From: Candidatus Azotimanducaceae bacterium
GTDB taxonomy: Bacteria > Pseudomonadota > Gammaproteobacteria > Pseudomonadales > Azotimanducaceae
Assembly (NCBI GenBank): GCA_965243175.1
Contig: OZ251532.1
Coordinates: forward strand, 2,041,464 to 2,105,463
Reading direction: 5' to 3'
Length of the DNA: 64,000 nt
Below the pieces are notes generated by a model. It saw only the letters and a list, made by a program, of their open reading frames with translations, was not told the origin of the DNA and did no database searches. Both the position numbers and the translations under genes were made by a program. Shown piece by piece: positions 14,995 through 24,106 of the stretch; the stretch's first letter is position 1; each line of letters starts with the position of its first letter.

Positions 14995-17022
14995 ATGGCG
15001 CGTCCGAATCCGCACGGCGAAGCCATGACCACCTCCCGGCCCGAACTGTTCGGCCATCCGGCCGGCCTCTACACGCTGTTCTTCGCGGAAATGTGGGAGC
15101 GCTTCTCCTTCTACGGCATGAGAGCGCTGCTGCTCTTCTACATGATCAAGGGCTTCCTAGGCTACGGCGACAGCGAAGCCTACGCGGTCTACGGCGCCTA
15201 CACGGCGCTGGTCTATCTGACGCCGTTCTTCGGGGGAATGTTGGCGGACCGCCTGCTCGGCGCGCGGCGAGCGGTGATTCTGGGCGGCCTGCTGATGGCG
15301 GCCGGGCACTTGATGATGACGGTCGAGAACGACTTGGCCTTCTTCGCGGCGTTGGCGCTGCTGATCTGCGGCAACGGCTTCTTCAAGCCGAACATCTCGA
15401 CGATGGTGGGCGGCCTCTATCCGGTTGGCAGCCCACGGCGCGACGCGGGCTTCACGCTGTTCTACATGGGCATCAATCTGGGCGCCGCCATGTCGCCGCT
15501 GCTCTGCGGCTACATCGGCGAAACCTACGGCTGGCACTACGGATTCGGCTTGGCGACCATCGGCATGCTCACCGGCCTGGCGGTCTTCGTGGCGCCGCGC
15601 CGCGTGACGCAGGTGCTGATTCTGACCGGCGCGGGGGCTGGCGCGTTCGGCTTGTTCGTGTTCACGCCGGACAGCGGCCTGCAAATCGCCATCAATCTGA
15701 TCGTCGGCGCGGCTTTGCTGGCGGCGGGTCTCATCGCCTGCACGGCGCTTTCCCGTGGCGGCTTGCCGGAGGATGCGGGCGCTGCGCCGAACGTCGAACG
15801 ATTGCGAAAGCGGGTCTTCGGCGTCGTTTCCCAGGAGTGGCTGGTGTACCTCTGCACCTTGCTGGCGGTGCCGGTGGTGGTGCTGTTCGTGTCCGGCTTC
15901 TCGCCGTTCACTGGCGGCGAAGCGGTCTCTCTTCTGCCGAGCGCCTGGCTGGCGAACCTGCAAGCCGGCGGGACGCTTTCGCAAGTCGTGGCCGTGGTGG
16001 CCACGGAAATGAGCCGGCCAGCGGGACTGGTGCTGATGGTTTCCGGGGCGGTCGCGCTCGGCTATCTGGTGACGCAGACGGCGAAGCTGCCGAAGGTGCC
16101 GAGGGAGCGGATGTTCGTGGTGCTCATCCTGACTTTCTTCTCGCTGCTGTTCTGGGCCTTCTTCGAGCAGGCCGGCAGTTCGTTGAACAACTTCGCGGAC
16201 CGCAACGTGGACCGCGTGGCGGAAGAACGTGTCATTGGGACGGCGGACGTGGGTGCCACGCTGCGCCTGCAGCCCACCCAGGAACAGCTGGGCTACCGCA
16301 ACGGCGACGCGCTGTTCACGCTGGACGACTTGAACGCGCTGCGCGAACAACACGACGAGGCGGACTTCGAAATCGACTGGCTGGTGGCGGAAGACAACGT
16401 CGGCATGGGCGTGGGCGCGAGGGCGACGGAAACTCCGGCCAGCGTCTTCCAGTCGTTCAATCCAATCTACATTCTGGCGTTCGGACTGGCCTTCACGGCG
16501 CTATGGGGCTTTCTCGGCAACCGTGGGCGGGAACCGCCGACCCCCTACAAGTTCGCGCTGGGGCTGTTGCAGCTGGGGCTGGGTTTCGGCGCGTTCTGGT
16601 ACGGAGCGCAGATGTCGGACGAGCGCGGCATGGTGGCGCTGCAATGGCTTGCCATCGGCTATCTGCTGCATACCAGCGGCGAGTTGTGTCTCTCGCCGGT
16701 GGGGCTGTCGATGGTCACCAAGCTGGCGCCGGCGCGGCTGGTGAGCACGGTGATGGGCGCTTGGTTCCTCGCCACCGCGTTCTCGCAGTTTCTGGCGGCG
16801 ATCATCGCGCAGTTCACGGGGGTGACCGGGCCGGCGGACTCGGGGCAGGGCGTGCCGGCGCCTATCGAGACGGTGAACGTCTACGGCGGCGTGTTCGGGG
16901 GCATTGCCGTGATGGCCTGCGTTGCCGCGGTCGTCTGCTTCGCGCTTTCGCCTCTGCTTTCGCGTTGGATGCATGCGGAAGCGGACGCCGAGGAACCGCA
17001 ACCGGAGCGCGAAGCGGCCTAG
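14995..17022 (+). CDS. Proton-dependent oligopeptide transporter (POT/PTR2, DtpT-like)
   Basis: [60 protein letters not shown]. An alternative start is at 15025. Confidence 0.9.
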   Translation: MARPNPHGEAMTTSRPELFGHPAGLYTLFFAEMWERFSFYGMRALLLFYMIKGFLGYGDSEAYAVYGAYTALVYLTPFFGGMLADRLLGARRAVILGGLLMAAGHLMMTVENDLAFFAALALLICGNGFFKPNISTMVGGLYPVGSPRRDAGFTLFYMGINLGAAMSPLLCGYIGETYGWHYGFGLATIGMLTGLAVFVAPRRVTQVLILTGAGAGAFGLFVFTPDSGLQIAINLIVGAALLAAGLIACTALSRGGLPEDAGAAPNVERLRKRVFGVVSQEWLVYLCTLLAVPVVVLFVSGFSPFTGGEAVSLLPSAWLANLQAGGTLSQVVAVVATEMSRPAGLVLMVSGAVALGYLVTQTAKLPKVPRERMFVVLILTFFSLLFWAFFEQAGSSLNNFADRNVDRVAEERVIGTADVGATLRLQPTQEQLGYRNGDALFTLDDLNALREQHDEADFEIDWLVAEDNVGMGVGARATETPASVFQSFNPIYILAFGLAFTALWGFLGNRGREPPTPYKFALGLLQLGLGFGAFWYGAQMSDERGMVALQWLAIGYLLHTSGELCLSPVGLSMVTKLAPARLVSTVMGAWFLATAFSQFLAAIIAQFTGVTGPADSGQGVPAPIETVNVYGGVFGGIAVMACVAAVVCFALSPLLSRWMHAEADAEEPQPEREAA

Positions 17023-17175
17023 CGGGAACTTGGCGCGTCCAGCGCCGGGGCGGATTCGGCGCCGGAGGCTGCAATGCGGTAGTCGGCGTCGGCAGACTCC
17101 GCAGGGACGACGAACCCGTTGCTGCGGCCGCGTTCGGCGCAGCGACTCGTCGGCATCCGCGAAGGCAAGTAGAAG

Positions 17176-18426
17176 ATGCGACAGTATTGGCGGTTCTACT
17201 GGCCGCTCGCCCTGACCGGCGTGGCCACGGTGCTGGCGATTCAATTCCAGAACGCGGCGCTGGCCCGCTATCCAAGCGCGGTCACGGAACTCGCCGTCTT
17301 CGCGCTGGCGACGAGCGTGTACGGGTTGTTCGCGTCCGGCCTCAATTTCGCCTCGCAGTTGGCCAACGTCTTCGCCCGAAGCGCCCACGGGCTGCGCCTG
17401 AGCCGCCATTTCGTCGCCGCGTGGAGCATCGCGCTCAGCCTGCCGTTGGCCGCCATCGCCGCGACCGATGCGGGCGCACTCGGCATCGAGCTGGTCTTCG
17501 GCATCGACGCCGACTTGGCGTTGCGCGTCCACGAATACCTGCTCTACATGCTGCCGCTGCTGTTCGTGACCGGGCAGCGGTTCTACTTGACGGGTCTGCT
17601 CGTCCAAGGACGGCATACGGGCTGGGTGACCGTCTTGAACGTCGCGTTTCTGGTCGCCGCGGGTGCCGCGCTGGTCGTCGGATTCGCGCTGCGACTGGCG
17701 CCCGTCGTCACGTTGGTGGGTGCGCAGGTCATCTCCGGCACGCTGCACTGGGGCTTGTCCGCGCTGGTCGTGCGACGTCGCTACCGTCTGCCGGAAACGG
17801 CGGAGCACGAAGGCGTGACGGTGCCGGACCTGGTGCGGTTCTTCCTGCCGATGACCGCCACCGGCTTGATGTTCGCCGTCAGCCGCCCGGTGCTGTTCGC
17901 CTTCGTCGCCCGTGCGCCCGACGGCGTGGCGACCATCGCCGCGCTGCGAGTGGCGTTCGACTTCAGCCACGTCTTCCAGCAAGCGGCGAACCAGTTCCGC
18001 CACTTCTTCGTCACCTTCGGCCTGGAACAGCTCGCCGCCAAGCGCCGCTTCATGGCCCTCGTGTGCGCCGGCATCACCGGCATCATGCTCGCCGTCGTCC
18101 TCACGCCGCTATCCGACTGGCTGCTCGGCCGCATGCTCGGTGTTCGCGGCGCGGTGCTGACCCACGCCGTCGAAGCGGTATTGGTGCTGTGCCTGATGCC
18201 AGCCGTCATCGTCGTCCGCAACTACTACCACGGCCTCCTGATGGTGCGCCGCCGCACCACCGGCATGGCCGTCGGCGGGGCGTTGCGGGTGCTCGCCATG
18301 GCCGCGCTGGCCCAGGCCGCCTACGCGCTCGGCGTCCTGAACCACACCGTCGCGGCGTTCATCCTGCTGCTGGGCTTCGCCACGGAGACTCTGGCCGTGC
18401 TTGCGAGCGCCCGCCGCGGCGACTGA
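17176..18426 (+). CDS. MATE/MOP-superfamily-like 12-TM membrane protein
   Basis: 416-aa hydrophobic ORF with a duplicated 6-TM pattern. Family assignment is tentative. Confidence 0.55.
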   Translation: MRQYWRFYWPLALTGVATVLAIQFQNAALARYPSAVTELAVFALATSVYGLFASGLNFASQLANVFARSAHGLRLSRHFVAAWSIALSLPLAAIAATDAGALGIELVFGIDADLALRVHEYLLYMLPLLFVTGQRFYLTGLLVQGRHTGWVTVLNVAFLVAAGAALVVGFALRLAPVVTLVGAQVISGTLHWGLSALVVRRRYRLPETAEHEGVTVPDLVRFFLPMTATGLMFAVSRPVLFAFVARAPDGVATIAALRVAFDFSHVFQQAANQFRHFFVTFGLEQLAAKRRFMALVCAGITGIMLAVVLTPLSDWLLGRMLGVRGAVLTHAVEAVLVLCLMPAVIVVRNYYHGLLMVRRRTTGMAVGGALRVLAMAALAQAAYALGVLNHTVAAFILLLGFATETLAVLASARRGD

Positions 18427-18497
18427 GGCCGTACAAGACGTTGCGCGGCGTTGCCGCGCGGCGTTACGATACCCGACCATTTTGCTCGGATTTGAGC

Positions 18498-19076
18498 ATG
18501 GTCGAGATTTCGGACGGTGCGCAGACGTACTTGCGCGAACTGCTCTCCAAGCAGGAAGAAGGCTGCGGCATCCGCATGTTCGTGGCGCAGCCCGGTACGC
18601 CCAACGCGGAGACGTGCATCGCCTACTGCCGCCCCGGCGAGCAGCAGGACGAAGACACGCCGAAGCAGTACGAGGGCTTCACCGCGTGGTTCGAGAAGCA
18701 CAGCGAGCCGTACCTGGTGGACGCCGTGGTGGACTACCAGGAAGACCGCATGGGCGGCCAGCTCACCATCAACGCGCCCAACGCCCGCGTACCGAGCGTG
18801 GACGAGAATTCACCCCTCGAAGACCGCATCAACTACGTGCTCTACAACGAGATCAACCCCGGCCTAGCGGCCCACGGCGGCCAAGTCACCCTCGAGGAAG
18901 TCGTGGAGGAGACCGTCGCCGTGCTGCAGTTCGGCGGCGGCTGCCAAGGCTGCGCAGCGGTGGACATCACGCTGAAGCAGAGCGTCGAATCGTCCCTGCT
19001 GGCGCAGATCCCCGATCTCACCGAAATCCGCGACGCCACCGACCACTCCTTCAGGGAACACGCCTACTACCGCTAG
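18498..19076 (+). CDS. nfuA: Fe-S cluster biogenesis protein NfuA
   Basis: [44 protein letters not shown]...[14 protein letters not shown]. It is the last 192 codons of the spurious 15093-19076 ORF. Confidence 0.93.
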   Translation: MVEISDGAQTYLRELLSKQEEGCGIRMFVAQPGTPNAETCIAYCRPGEQQDEDTPKQYEGFTAWFEKHSEPYLVDAVVDYQEDRMGGQLTINAPNARVPSVDENSPLEDRINYVLYNEINPGLAAHGGQVTLEEVVEETVAVLQFGGGCQGCAAVDITLKQSVESSLLAQIPDLTEIRDATDHSFREHAYYR

Positions 19077-19162
19077 CGCACGGTGCGCCGAAGGCGTTGT
19101 GTGGCGATGCGCGAGGGTGCCCCGTGTGTGGAGAACAAACTGTAGAGCCAACGGTGCAACCG

Positions 19163-19438
19163 ATGCTCAGCCAGACGCCCGGCGTGGTGAGCGGTGCCGT
19201 GGTGTTCACGGGTACGCGGGTTCCGGTGGAGATGTTGTTCGACCATCTGGCAGCCGGCGAACCGCTGGAGAGTTTCCTCTCTTCCTTCGACATCCCCCGA
19301 GAGCAGGCTGCCGCGGTGTTGCGGCTTGCCGGCGAGGTCCTGCGCGATGCGTCTCCTGAGCGGGCTGTTCTCAGGCGGCGTCGCCCGCCCGCAAGCCGCA
19401 GTCTACGAGACGTCCGCCAGTGCCACCCTGTCCAGTAG
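19163..19438 (+). CDS. DUF433-like small protein (antitoxin-like)
   Basis: GAVVFTGTRVPVEMLFDHLAAGEPLESFLSSFDIPREQAAAVLRLA matches the DUF433 pattern. The 3' end overlaps the convergent DAHP synthase gene by 36 nt. Confidence 0.55.
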   Translation: MLSQTPGVVSGAVVFTGTRVPVEMLFDHLAAGEPLESFLSSFDIPREQAAAVLRLAGEVLRDASPERAVLRRRRPPASRSLRDVRQCHPVQ

Positions 19439-20485
19439 CGGCTGGCGCAGTTTGTTCGCCAACCCTCGCAGGATCGCTTCCGTTTCCTCCCAGCCTACGC
19501 AGGCGTCCGTGATCGAGACGCCGTAGGCCAGGTCCTTTGCGGGGGCGAAGGGTTGGTTGCCGGGGCCGATGTTGCTCTCCACCATCAGGCCGACGATGGA
19601 GCGGTTGCCGGCGACGATTTGCTCCGCTACCGAGTCGGCGACGATGCCTTGGCGGCGGTGGTCCTTGTTGGCGTTGGCGTGGGAGCAGTCCACCATGACG
19701 TTGCTGTCGAGTCCGGCGTCCGTCAAGGCGTTTTCGCACCTTGCCACCGCTGCGGCGTCGTAGTTCGGGCCGCTGACGCCGCCGCGCAGCACGATGTGAG
19801 CGTTGCCGTTGCCGCGGGTGTGGATCATGGCGACCTGGCCTTTGCCGTTGATGCCGAGGAAGCGATGCGGGCTGGCGACGGACTTCATGGCGTTGACGGC
19901 GACGTCGAGGGCGCCGTCGGTGCCGTTCTTGAAGCCGACGATGGACGAAAGGCCGGACGCCATTTCGCGGTGGGTCTGCGATTCGGTGGTGCGGGCGCCG
20001 ATGGCGGACCAGGTGATGAGGTCTTGCAGGTACTGCGGCGTGATCGGGTCCAGCGCTTCGGTGGCGAGCGGCAGGCAGGATTCGGCGAGGTCGAGCAGGA
20101 GTTGGCGCGCCAAGCGGATGCCGCGTTCGATGTCGAAGGTGTCGTCGAGGGAGGGGTCGTTGATGAGGCCCTTCCAGCCCACCGTGGTGCGCGGCTTCTC
20201 GAAGTACGCCCGCATGACGATGTAGAGGGTCTCCGCGGTGTCGTCGGCGAGACGGCGCAGGCGGGTGGCGTAGTCCCGCGCCGCGTAGGGATCGTGGATG
20301 GAGCACGGGCCGATCACCACGAGCAGCCGATGGTCGCGGCGCGCCAGGATGTCCGTCACCTTGCGCCTGGACGCGGCGACGAACTTCAGCACGTCCTCGG
20401 AAGCGGGCAACGCGCCCTTCACCTCCGCTGGCGTCGGCAGCACGGCCTGCGCCGTCACGTTGAGATTCTCGGTCGCAGTGGCCAT
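19403..20485 (-). CDS. Class I (AroF/G/H-type) 3-deoxy-7-phosphoheptulonate synthase
   Basis: RLLVVIGPCSIHDP, YFEKPRTTVGWKGLINDP, ITPQY, GARTTESQTHREMASGLS, GFKNGTDG, SITDACVGWEETE. Confidence 0.95.
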   Translation of the reverse strand: MATATENLNVTAQAVLPTPAEVKGALPASEDVLKFVAASRRKVTDILARRDHRLLVVIGPCSIHDPYAARDYATRLRRLADDTAETLYIVMRAYFEKPRTTVGWKGLINDPSLDDTFDIERGIRLARQLLLDLAESCLPLATEALDPITPQYLQDLITWSAIGARTTESQTHREMASGLSSIVGFKNGTDGALDVAVNAMKSVASPHRFLGINGKGQVAMIHTRGNGNAHIVLRGGVSGPNYDAAAVARCENALTDAGLDSNVMVDCSHANANKDHRRQGIVADSVAEQIVAGNRSIVGLMVESNIGPGNQPFAPAKDLAYGVSITDACVGWEETEAILRGLANKLRQPLLDRVALADVS

Positions 20486-20898
20486 GTGTAGCTCCTTCGC
20501 TGCATGTTGGATTCCGATGGCTGGTCGCCATTCGGACTGAGCGAAGGGCGACCGTGGACGCCCTCGAAGCGAGTGCGCCGCTAGGTGCTAAACCAGTAGC
20601 GGAAGCGCGGCACGGGTGCCGCGGGGTTGACCGAACGCATCGCTTCGAACATGGCGGGGCATTGTCTACGGCGAGGGCGGAAAGTCAAGCGCTGGTTTCT
20701 CGTCCGACGAGAACGAGCCTGACGAACGGTGCCCGTGCGCGGCCGAGTTGGGAGCTGCCAGTTGAGACCAGACGATGGTTGCGCGAGTCGGGAGGTCGGG
20801 CAAGCATGATGGGGCGAGGAGCAGGGCGAGGATCCGGTGATGCAGATGCGCCCCTTGTGCTAGGATCGCGCTCACCCTAGTCGGAGCGGGGCCGGGAG

Positions 20899-21324
20899 AT
20901 GGGCTATGCCGCAGACTTTCCCAGTGCTCACGTCCGGCACTGGCAAGATGCCGAGCTGCTGGCACGGGTCGAACGCTGGGCCAACGCCGACCAGCTCTAC
21001 GGCTTCAGTGCGGAGTGTGGTCTCAAGGCGGTGATGGTGGCGAACGGCATGCCCGTTGCGCCTGGCAGCGGCTCCCCAACGAAACGGCGCCACAAGCAGC
21101 ATATACAGAATCTCTGGGGCACCTTCCGCTCGTTCGTCAGCGGCAGGCCTGCCGCGAGCCTGCTGCACCACCTGCCGCAGTCGAATCCGTTCACCCAGTG
21201 GACTCAGGACAACCGCTACGCGGCCAGCCGCCACTTCAACGCCGCAGCGGTCGCCCCGCACCGAGAGGCGGCGCAGCAGGTCCGGCGGTTCTACTTGCGC
21301 CTCAAAGTGAGCGGCTATGTCTAA
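20899..21324 (+). CDS. HEPN-like small protein (Rx5H motif)
   Basis: N-terminal helix AHVRHWQDAELL, LYGFSAECGLKAV, and NRYAASRH (R106-x5-H112). Its end overlaps the next gene by 8 nt. Confidence 0.55.
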   Translation: MGYAADFPSAHVRHWQDAELLARVERWANADQLYGFSAECGLKAVMVANGMPVAPGSGSPTKRRHKQHIQNLWGTFRSFVSGRPAASLLHHLPQSNPFTQWTQDNRYAASRHFNAAAVAPHREAAQQVRRFYLRLKVSGYV

Positions 21325-22591
21325 GGTATTCAACAGGTTCGAGTCCGTGTTGCCGATGGTGGAAGACACGCTTCGCGACCCGATGCACCCAGCGGTGCCA
21401 TGCGTCTATGTGGTACGGGACGTTTACGGCAAGGTGCGGCTGGCGGTCGCGGAATCCGTCGAGAATGACAACAGAGCCCACACGTGGCTGAAGGAAGAAG
21501 CGAAGACGCTTCAAGAACGGCTAGGCGCACGCGCCTTCCCGCCGGACGAGGCCATCTTGTTCCTGGACGACGACCTGCTGCAAGAACTCGATCGAGACAG
21601 CCGCGAGTTGCTGCCGAGCGTGCGCTTTGTCGACCGTCTGGTCACCGGCGCCGGCTGGTGGAACGTTGACGATACGGAGTCCGAGACGCCCATCTACACC
21701 CTCTATTCCGTGAAAGGAGGCGTCGGCCGCTCCACGACCGCGGCAGTGCTGGCTCGGCATCTGGCACGGCGCGGCGAGCATGTGCTGGTGGTGGACTTGG
21801 ACCTCGAGTCGCCCGGCATTTCGTCTGCGATGTTGCCGTCGGCGCTGCAACCGCGGTATGGCGTTGTCGATTGGTTTGCCGAAGACCTGGTTGACCAAGG
21901 AGACCATGTGGTCGAAGACATGATCGCCCGGCCGAGCTGGCACCAGAACTTTCGCGGCGACGTTGCCATCGTGCCGGCGCACGGCTTCGAGCCGCGGGAA
22001 TATCTGGCCAAGCTCGGTCGCGTCTATCTGGATGCGGACGTTCGGTGGACGCGACGATTGAAGCGAATGCTGCAACAGATCCGCGAGATCGCGCAGCCCA
22101 GCGTCGTGCTGCTGGAGAGCCGCAGCGGACTGCACGACATCGCCGCGGCCACCGTGACCGATCTGCAAGCGCATGTGCTCCTTTTCGGTACAGACTCGGC
22201 GACGAGCTGGCAAGACTACGAAATACTCTTTGGGCACTGGCGCGAACTTGGCCTCGCCGGCCGCATCAGGGAACGGCTGTCCATCGTCTCCAGCTTGACG
22301 CCAGACATCGACACCGAAGCATACGTCCAGAGCTTCCGCGAGCGGGCGTGGACGCTCTTCCAAGATCACTTGTACGATACGGTCGAGTCCACCGAGGCGC
22401 CTTACGGTTTCACCTTCGACATGCAGGGGGAGGGCGTACCCCACGATCCGCTGCCCATCCAATGGACGCGGGGGTTCGCCGCCGGCGCGTCGCTGCACGA
22501 CATTGAAGACAGCACGGTAGAGCAGGCATATGGTCGGTTCCTAAGGCGATTTGACGAGCTCCACGGCAACGGCGGCGGTGCGGGCCCGTGA
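21317..22591 (+). CDS. ParA/MinD-like ATPase with a deviant KGGVGR Walker A, plus an N-terminal extra domain of about 120 aa
   Basis: IYTLYSVKGGVGRSTTAAVLARHLARRGEHVLVVDLDLESPG, then VVLLESRSGLHD. Confidence 0.75.
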   Translation: MSKVFNRFESVLPMVEDTLRDPMHPAVPCVYVVRDVYGKVRLAVAESVENDNRAHTWLKEEAKTLQERLGARAFPPDEAILFLDDDLLQELDRDSRELLPSVRFVDRLVTGAGWWNVDDTESETPIYTLYSVKGGVGRSTTAAVLARHLARRGEHVLVVDLDLESPGISSAMLPSALQPRYGVVDWFAEDLVDQGDHVVEDMIARPSWHQNFRGDVAIVPAHGFEPREYLAKLGRVYLDADVRWTRRLKRMLQQIREIAQPSVVLLESRSGLHDIAAATVTDLQAHVLLFGTDSATSWQDYEILFGHWRELGLAGRIRERLSIVSSLTPDIDTEAYVQSFRERAWTLFQDHLYDTVESTEAPYGFTFDMQGEGVPHDPLPIQWTRGFAAGASLHDIEDSTVEQAYGRFLRRFDELHGNGGGAGP

Positions 22592-24042
22592 GCGATCACA
22601 AGGCCGCGATGCGCCAGGCGCTTGAGGGGTTGCCGGCCGAAACCAGCTACGGCGAGCCGCCGGCACCGGCGAGCGTCTACTTCCCGCAGTCGCACTTGAA
22701 AGCCATGCACCCGGATGTCGCCGTGGTCACGGGCATGCGCGGCGCCGGCAAGACGTTCTGGTCCGCCGCCTTGCAGGTAGCCACTATTCGTGAGTTGATC
22801 GGTACGCGCTACGAACGCACGGCGATCAACGACAAGACCGTGGTGCGAACCGGGTTCGGCGCTCGCCCTGCCATCGATGAGTATCCCAGCAAGGATGTGC
22901 TCGCCGACCTTCTGAACCAAAGAAGCGACGCACGGCTTACCTGGCGAACCGTTCAGGCCTGGCAGCTGGCACCGCAGGATCATCCGCTGCGACAAGAGGA
23001 GAGCTGGCGCAGGCGGACGACCTACGTTGAAGGAAATCCAGAACAAATTGATCGACTGTTCGCTGAGCGCGATGCGAAGCTGGCCCAGGAAGGCCGCCAT
23101 TTCGTCGTGATCTACGACGCCTTGGATAGAAGTGCGGACGACTGGCGAACGATGTACCAACTCGTCCGCGGTCTGTTGCAAACAGCGCTGGACATGCGCG
23201 GCTATCGGCGCATTCGCGCAAAGGTGTTTCTGCGTACCGATCAGTTCAATCCAGCGGCGATTGGCGACTTCCCGGACGCGTCCAAGGTGCTCGCATCCGC
23301 GGTGGAACTGAGCTGGCCGCGGCATGAACTGTATGGGCTGCTTTGGCACCTGCTCGGCAACGCGGAGCGGCCGCCAGCGGCGCTGAACGATCTGATCGGC
23401 GAAGTGCGCTCGAATCCGGCGGCGGCAAGCGGTTGTGGCACATGGCTGGTGCCGACCTCCTTCGTGTTCGACGAGGACCGCCAACGCAAGGCCTTCCACA
23501 CCGTCGCCGGCCAGTGGATGGGCACGGATCGTCGCCGAGGGTTTCCCTACACGTGGATTCCCAACCACCTCGGCGACACCGAGGGCAAGGTGAGCCCGAG
23601 ATCGTTCATAGCCGCCTTGAGAACCGCGGCGGTAGACAGCCGCCAGAGGCATCCCCAGCACGAGTACGCATTGCACTACGACAGCATCAAGCGAGGCGTG
23701 CAGAAGGCATCCGGCATCCGCGTTGCCGAACTTCGGGAAGACTACCCGTGGGTGGACCGACTGCTGAAGGACCTGCAAGGCGGCACTGTACCTTGCCCGT
23801 TCGGGGACATTCGGTCGCGCTGGACGGACAGACGGACCCTGACCCGTTTGCGCGACGAGATCGCGCAGCAGGAGGTGAAGCTGCCGCCAAGCCGCATCGA
23901 CGAGGGTGCCGAGGGCGTCCGCGCCGATCTTGAGTCGCTCAGCATCTTCCAGCGCGTACACGACGGCCGCGTGAACATCCCAGACGTATTTCGCGTCGGC
24001 TACGGGCTGGGGCGACGCGGCGGCGTTCCGCCAGTTCGCTAG
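22588..24042 (+). CDS. P-loop NTPase of unknown function (possibly the Sll1717-like family)
   Basis: Walker A VAVVTGMRGAGKTFW and Walker B HFVVIYDALDRS. GTGA start/stop overlap with the upstream gene. Confidence 0.7.
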   Translation: MSDHKAAMRQALEGLPAETSYGEPPAPASVYFPQSHLKAMHPDVAVVTGMRGAGKTFWSAALQVATIRELIGTRYERTAINDKTVVRTGFGARPAIDEYPSKDVLADLLNQRSDARLTWRTVQAWQLAPQDHPLRQEESWRRRTTYVEGNPEQIDRLFAERDAKLAQEGRHFVVIYDALDRSADDWRTMYQLVRGLLQTALDMRGYRRIRAKVFLRTDQFNPAAIGDFPDASKVLASAVELSWPRHELYGLLWHLLGNAERPPAALNDLIGEVRSNPAAASGCGTWLVPTSFVFDEDRQRKAFHTVAGQWMGTDRRRGFPYTWIPNHLGDTEGKVSPRSFIAALRTAAVDSRQRHPQHEYALHYDSIKRGVQKASGIRVAELREDYPWVDRLLKDLQGGTVPCPFGDIRSRWTDRRTLTRLRDEIAQQEVKLPPSRIDEGAEGVRADLESLSIFQRVHDGRVNIPDVFRVGYGLGRRGGVPPVR

Positions 24043-24106
24043 CCGATCCACCGCGATCGACGACGCGGAGAACTTGCGGCCCTACGTTGAGAAGCGCATG
24101 GGCGGA

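Noticed and set aside
15093-19076. A 1327-aa ORF, the longest on the plus strand
   Set aside because: It is a stop-free frame produced by high G+C. It overlaps the POT transporter and the MATE-like gene in other frames, and its translation is Arg/Gly/Ala-rich with no recognisable motifs. Only its last 192 codons (nfuA) are real.
19347-19402. MRLLSGLF... as a relic of a DUF5615/PIN-like toxin downstream of the DUF433 gene
   Set aside because: Only the first four residues resemble the family start (MRFLLDE). This is too short to support a call.
20486-20898. The 413-bp intergenic region between the DAHP synthase gene and the HEPN-like gene as an integration site, or the 108-aa ORF 20554-20880
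   Set aside because: I found no tRNA, integrase or direct repeats shared with the other end of the island. The ORF translation has low complexity. The region remains unexplained but has no positive signal.
21333-21352. A tRNA T-arm-like string, aggttcgagtccgtg, as a possible tRNA fragment or att site at the island edge
   Set aside because: The flanking bases do not form a T-stem (acagg versus ccgtg) or an acceptor stem. The string lies inside the start of the ParA-like ORF, and no second copy occurs elsewhere in the window.
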